Source of the DNA: the human T2T-CHM13v2.0 reference genome, Homo sapiens
Length of the DNA: 64,000 nucleotides
Strand: one strand, 5' to 3'
Assembly (NCBI RefSeq): GCF_009914755.1
Contig: NC_060943.1
Position numbers and translations under genes: made by a program. The notes under the pieces were generated by a model, which saw only the letters and a list, made by a program, of their open reading frames with translations, searched no databases and had not been told where the DNA came from. Shown here piece after piece: positions 52,700-64,000 of the stretch (its first letter is position 1; the number at the start of each line of letters is the position of its first letter).

Positions 52700-54750
52700 G
52701 TCAATGCCACATTCCTGAGTCTACATACCCGTGAAATGATAGGAACCCATGTGCCCATAAGGTCCTGGAGGGGAATGCAAAGTTGGTCAAGACATGGGAG
52801 CTAGACAGCAAGGAAAAGGAATTGCAAAGGGAAGTTAGTAGTTAAATAAGTTACCACATATCCATGTAATATAATACTAAGATAGACAAATGCAAAGTTG
52901 TAGAAAATAGTTAAGGAATATTTTCAAGATACTGTATCAGAGAAATCACTTTACAAAACAGGTTGAACAATACAATTATATCAATATGGTCATTTAAAAA
53001 GTCTAGAAAGTTAAACACCTGTTTCAGTTATTTATTGCTATATAACCACCTCAAAAGTTTATGGCTTAAAACAAAAAACAATTAGCTTATTATTTGGGGG
53101 GCTTGGCAATTTGGGCTTGGCTTGCCTGAGTGGTTCTTCTGCTGATCATATTCATGTGACAGCTGTCAGCTGTTGGCCTGGTGGAGGCTGGATGGTTCAA
53201 GATGGTCTCCCTGAAATTTCTGGCCGTTGTTGCTCACTGGACCTCTCTCTCCAAGTGATCTTTAATGCGCAAGCAAGTTGCTCTTAGCCTTCAGTCATGG
53301 TGGTCTCAGGGCAGGAAAAGGGGAAGAGAAAAAGCTGCAAGACTTCCTGAAGCTTTGTCTCAGAAGTCTCACAATATCACTTCCACCACATTCTATTGGT
53401 CAAAGCACCTCACAAGGCCCTGCCTAATAGTAACCTAACCACTGACTAGCATTTCAGGAGGAGAAAAAATACTCCCTTGCTGAAAAACAAAATCAAAGAG
53501 AACAAAAATAGAAAATACAACAAAACTTCCTTGACCTTGGTTTTCAGATATGCTCAGCAATGGTTCCCTTTCCTCAGGGCTCTTAGAGAACCTCAAGGCA
53601 AGGGAGAAGGGGTAAGGAATCATGAGACATCAGACCTTTCTTGGAACCCAGATTGGCTAAATTGGAAAAAATTATTGCCACCACACGAGCTCTCATCATC
53701 TACCATAAACATACTCAGATGGAAGTAAAAGGGAGATGGGAGTACTGCTAACCCTTCTTAGTATTCAAGGGAAAGGCCAGGGTCACTGATATCCAGGACT
53801 GGGGACTTTCTCAAAATTCACGTAAGTCTCCTGCGGAGACAGCTCTGGGAATGATGTGGATCACATGGAACCTGACCTCTGAGAGTTCCCAAGGGAGAGC
53901 CTCTGAGGAAGGAATCCTACTCCTAGGTTCTCCCCACGACGTCTTCCCAGAACTCTGCTTAAGGGACACTTACAACTCGAAAAGCCTCGTTCCGAAAACA
54001 GGTCTGTCCTTTTTCTGTTTGCAGATTTTATTCCACCACTCGATTATCCCTTCCCTTTTTGATGGCCATTTCACTGCAGCTGGGGTCTATACAGCTATAA
54101 AGCGGGAGAAAAAAGGAAGCTGGGAACTCAGAGATGCAGAGCCCAAGAAACAATCGAGTCTAAAACTGCCGCTTAGGTGGGCACTCCGCCAGGATCCCCT
54201 GTGTCAAACACCAGGCTGAGAACTGGGGACAGGTGTGCCCTGAGAAGACAACGCGGGCCATGCTTCATTGCAAGATGACTCTGCTTAACATAGGCATGGA
54301 TCATAGTCCTCACAGGCACATTGGGGAGATCTTCGACAGACCCCTCAGTCCCAACATTAAACACAGCACTGCAGAAATGAAGCTTTACCCGTTACACACA
54401 CAACACCACAGACCTAAAAGGCTCTTCCATCACACGGCCACAGCAGCACTGTCATGATGGAAGGTCTCAAACCCTACAGTGTCACACACCCGACAGCCGA
54501 CCACGGCCACCCAAAGGTCCCGCATCCGAGCAGGGACAGGAACACAATCACGCACCTGTCGCAGCCTCCTCGCCGCGCACACCGCCGCCTTGTCCTGGCA
54601 TCAAACACACACGCACAGGTGCATACACAGGCCCGAGCTACGGCCCTGCACACCCTGTCTGCGTCCCGGGAGCTCGGGGCTTCCTCACCGTGAGCGCCGC
54701 CCTCATCCCAGCCACGCACTATGAGAATTTGGGAGGGGAACCAGAGATCA
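52700..54750 (-). ncRNA. LINC01534: Divergent spliced lncRNA from the ZNF567 promoter (probably LINC01534); ends approximate
   Basis: Minus-strand donor CACG|gtgagg at 54689; acceptor ttttttctcccgctttatag| at 54094; donor |gtaagt at 53974; AATAAA (minus) at 53031-53036. Name from recalled gene order. Confidence 0.55.
53018..53430 (-). mobile_element. MLT1 (MaLR) LTR remnant
   Basis: tggcttaaaacaa, cacttccaccacattctattggtcaaagca motifs. Confidence 0.7.
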
Positions 54751-55320
54751 AAGTTCGAAAACCGCCCGGGCGCCTGTGGGAAATGTAGTCCAAGGCCGGA
54801 AACGCCCGGATGTGGAGAAGGCGCGCGTAGCCGGTGGACAGCAGGAACGCGCCGCGGAGACACCTGGGAGGCATCGTCCGCGTGGGAGTGCGCATGCGCA
54901 GACGCCCGGCCGGCCACCGAAGGTGAGGCTGGTGGGTCCCGCGGGCGCGGAGAAGGCGGGTGACGGTGTGACCCGTAAGGAAGGCTGAGGAGGGAGGCGG
55001 GAGGCTGGGCTGGGGAAAGCAAGAAGGGAAGAGGAGCAACCTGGGACGAGGAGTTGGCTGGAGGAAAGTGCGAGTCCGGGCCCCAGAGAAGGCTGGGAGG
55101 GAAGCAGGAACCAGAGCGCGGGCCCGGGAGCACCTGAAGAAGGGAACCGGTTGCCCCAGGCGGGGGGTGAGCTCCCCAGTGGCAGGAATTTCGTCTGATT
55201 TTCGTCCCCTGGCTCCTGGAGCACGGCCTGGCACACAACAGGCGCTCCGTGTGTGTGTGTGTGGCTTTTCGTACCTGTCCTGTGTGTTGTGGTAGGGGAA
55301 TGTGTTATTCTGTGTGACGT
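54480..55320. promoter_or_regulatory. CpG-island bidirectional promoter (ZNF567 / divergent lncRNA)
   Basis: CpG-rich. TGGGAAATGTAGTCC (ZNF143/THAP11-type) at 54777-54791 followed by CCGGAA. Perfect NRF1 palindrome TGCGCATGCGCA at 54889-54900. Splice donors face both ways. Confidence 0.9.
54850..54922 (+). other. ZNF567: ZNF567 non-coding exon 1 (5' end approximate)
   Basis: CGAAG|gtgagg donor at 54922/54923 inside the CpG island. Confidence 0.65.
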
Positions 55321-55813
55321 TGTGGAACCGGTTGTTTATGAAAGTGATAGGGTCCCTGCGTGTCTTAAGTTTTAATTTAAATTAGATGCGAGTCGATTTG
55401 TGTTTGAGCCTGTGTCCGACTCTGGAGAGGCGACAGTGAGGGCATTGTGAGTGAAAGGTTGTTACTTTTTGTAGAAGTTCTGTGAAATTGTGCACGACGT
55501 GGGGGCCTATGGGATTATGACTATGTAGTGGGTGATACAGCTATGAATATGCCTAATTTTAAAAGTATTTGGTGTACACGACCTATGATGACTGTGAATG
55601 TGGCACACTGTGTGACTTAGGTGGAGTGCTTGAGAAACCGAGTGTTGACTAAAGTATGCATTGTTTAGATTGATTTATGAGTATTGGGCATTTTATATAT
55701 GCCTGTAGAATTTGACTCTGGTAATTAGACAAGTAAAATAAGTAGTGATTTTTTTTTTTTAATGGAGAGGAAGAGGCAAAATAATTTTCAGAGGGTAAGA
55801 TTGGGCCCATGCG

Positions 55814-56385
<572 letters not shown>

Positions 56386-56522
56386 TTCCCTTCCAAAAAA
56401 GATCATTTATTGGGAAACCTGGTATTGACTGATGACTGATATGCTTAAATGAATAGAATACCACTGGGACCACACAGAAAAAAACTTTATCTCATAACTG
56501 CCACTCTCAAAATTCCTATTTG

Positions 56523-56525
<3 letters not shown>

Positions 56526-56557
<32 letters not shown>
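56526..56557 (+). repeat. (GT)16 microsatellite
   Basis: Read directly from the sequence. Confidence 0.95.
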
Positions 56558-56559
<2 letters not shown>

Positions 56560-56684
56560 TTATTTTTTTTTTTTGCTGGATGAATTTCTTCTGCTGGAAG
56601 CCTGAAATGTGAAAGGATACATGATTAGTTTCTTCTCTAATTCCCCAACCTTTATTTTGTCTCCTCTTTACTCCCTATGGGCAG

Positions 56685-56781
56685 TCTTTAGCTCTCATGG
56701 ATTGGGAGCTGGGAAAGGAATGAGAAGACAGAAGTCAGAGACAAGAAGAGGCTAACATGACTGATACCACTATAATTTAGT
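56685..56781 (+). other. ZNF567: Candidate ZNF567 5'UTR exon 2 containing three uORFs
   Basis: Pyrimidine tract then gcag| at 56684 (alternative tttag| at 56691); AGT|gtaagt donor. Confidence 0.55.
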
Positions 56782-57589
56782 GTAAGTCATCTCTTACCTT
56801 CCAAGAGAACCTGCTGCTTGGAACCTCCAGATACACTTCCCTTCTCATGGGCATAGCCTCTTCTCCAGCTGCTGCCCCAGTGCTTCCTCTGGGCATTCAG
56901 TGGCCCACCGACTCTGGTGGGTGGGTTTGTCCAGTCATTCCTCTTTGATAGGACCCAAGACAACCCAGACAGCCTCCACCCATGGGGTCTTCACCTAGTG
57001 CTAAGGTGAGAATTAGCCACCTCAGTCACTTTGCCCTCCCAAATCTTAGAAATATGTAAAATTTTTGCCAAGAATTCTCTCACCACTTTGGTTCCTGGTG
57101 GCCTCAGGGTCTGAGGGACCCCTTGTGTGTTGTAAAAAAGGGAGAATCACTCACGTTTTTCCCCCTGGAAAAACACTGTTCTAAAAATAACAGTCTCTTA
57201 AAAATACATTCTCCTCTCTCAGCCTCTCCACTGTCTTTAAAGGAGGAGTTTAATGATAGCAAAATTTTACACTCAACAGCTCTATAAGATCCTGTTCTTG
57301 AATGAAGTTCTCTTAGAATTTTGTTTCATTTGCTATCTTTGGGATATCAGCTGAGGCTGAGGCAGAAATATTTCTAAGTTTTCATCCTATTAAAAATTGA
57401 ACAGTGATAACAATTAGAAAACTCAGGGTTGTTGGAAAAAACATTAACAAATAAATAGGGTGTGTGTGTGTATGTGGAAAGTATGGGGAAAAAGACTTAT
57501 TTACAGTGGTCATCAAAAATAAGAGATACAAAGGAAGTGACTTTACTAATTACATGATATGTTATTAAAGAGCACATTTTAAAATAGGA

Positions 57590-62995
<5,406 letters not shown>

Positions 62996-64000
62996 AGTGG
63001 ATATATCATTCACCATCTCCTCTCTCAGTCTTCTTCCAGAAGCTATGCAGGGACAAAAATGCATTTCCTTGAACTAAATGAAAATGTATTACTGAATGAA
63101 CCTGTCTTGTGTAGATTAAAAAAATATATAAGGCTTTATTGCATCCACAGACTGGAGTCAAGATGGTAGTGAAATTGACAGAATTTATATAGAATTAGTA
63201 AGTAGCAAGAAGTCTTGTGTTGAGGCTTTGAGGATGGAAACGTGATTGGCAACTTGTACAAAAAACTGAGAATCTTGTGTTTCTTCTCTACCTTCAGTTT
63301 TGCTCACAGCTGCTAACAATTTCTAAAAATCTGTGGCCTTCCAATAACACCTTCTTAGTATATTAATTGTATTCTAGATTTATTTCTATTTTCACATTTC
63401 TTCCAATTTTATGTTTGCATGTAGAAGTAAATATATTTGTATAGACTGCCATACTAAACTAGAAGTGTAACTCCTAAAATATTCTGCTTCTGGTTTCAAA
63501 GACACTACTCTTTCTTGTTTCAGTCAGAACATTTATCTTCGTATCTGGACCTCTTAAATACTGGTGTTCTCCAGATTCTGTATTGGTTCTCTTCTATTTA
63601 CACTCTCCTGTTCACTACCTACCACTATTATTCTAATGCTGCTCAAGTAATTTTGATTCTAAACCTCTGTCTTTTTTGATGTATTGTCGAAACTATATAT
63701 CCAGCCTCCAGCTAGATATCGCCACCTACATGTTCCGCAGATCCTTCATGCACATGTCTGAGATTCACCTCATTGTCTCCTTCTGCCCATCCTATCCTTT
63801 TGTTTTTTTCCAATCTGGTTAGGGCCCCAACCCCTACCCACCTGCCAATACAGCCAACATGAGTTAAAAGTCTCCCATTCACTGCAAAACTATTGAGTGG
63901 TAAATTCTGTTCCTCTTACCACAGTTCCCTCCATCCTCCACTGATACCATCTTTATTTGGGTTCCTTTCTCATAGTGGTCACTTGTCTTCCCATTTAACA

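Noticed and set aside
54474-55295. Long ORFs (254, 171 and 162 aa) at the ZNF567 promoter
   Set aside because: Stop-poor GC-rich CpG island, low-complexity P/R/A/S content, no recognisable domain.

Overview
This is primate (almost certainly human) genomic DNA from a KRAB zinc-finger gene cluster, most likely 19q13.12. Gene names come from my recall of the protein sequences and local gene order, not from a database search. The window holds the complete minus-strand gene ZNF461 (GIOT-1). Its five coding exons (31981-31989, 25584-25710 KRAB-A, 23733-23828 KRAB-B, 11098-11166, 5955-7345 zinc fingers) join in frame to 1692 nt = 563 aa, and its CpG-island promoter lies at about 33.9-34.5 kb. A second CpG-island promoter at about 54.5-55.3 kb drives a plus-strand KRAB-ZNF gene (ZNF567; 5' exons and MAQ start only) and a divergent lncRNA (probably LINC01534). 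Most of the rest is transposon-derived: dozens of Alus, old L1/L2/MIR, Charlie1, Tigger3, MADE1, MaLR LTRs, a solo LTR14 (HERV-K HML-10) and a decayed ERVL provirus. Nearly all short ORFs in the supplied track are Alu/L1 artefacts. Observations the ORF track does not show: (1) a decayed plus-strand KRAB gene (start-like exon, KRAB-A, KRAB-B, no finger exon) head-to-head with ZNF461; (2) the 69-nt ZNF461 coding exon is exonised from an antisense Charlie1 DNA transposon; (3) a sense-oriented LTR14 supplies a poly(A) signal downstream of ZNF461; (4) a roughly 79-bp retrocopy of just the LTR12 R region with a 17-bp TSD; (5) a candidate ZNF567 5'UTR exon tiled by three uORFs; (6) several short locally templated duplications; (7) a young AluYd8-like insertion. 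I found no evidence of a wholly new biological system. These are locus-level evolutionary and regulatory observations. Repeat boundaries are approximate unless TSDs are given.
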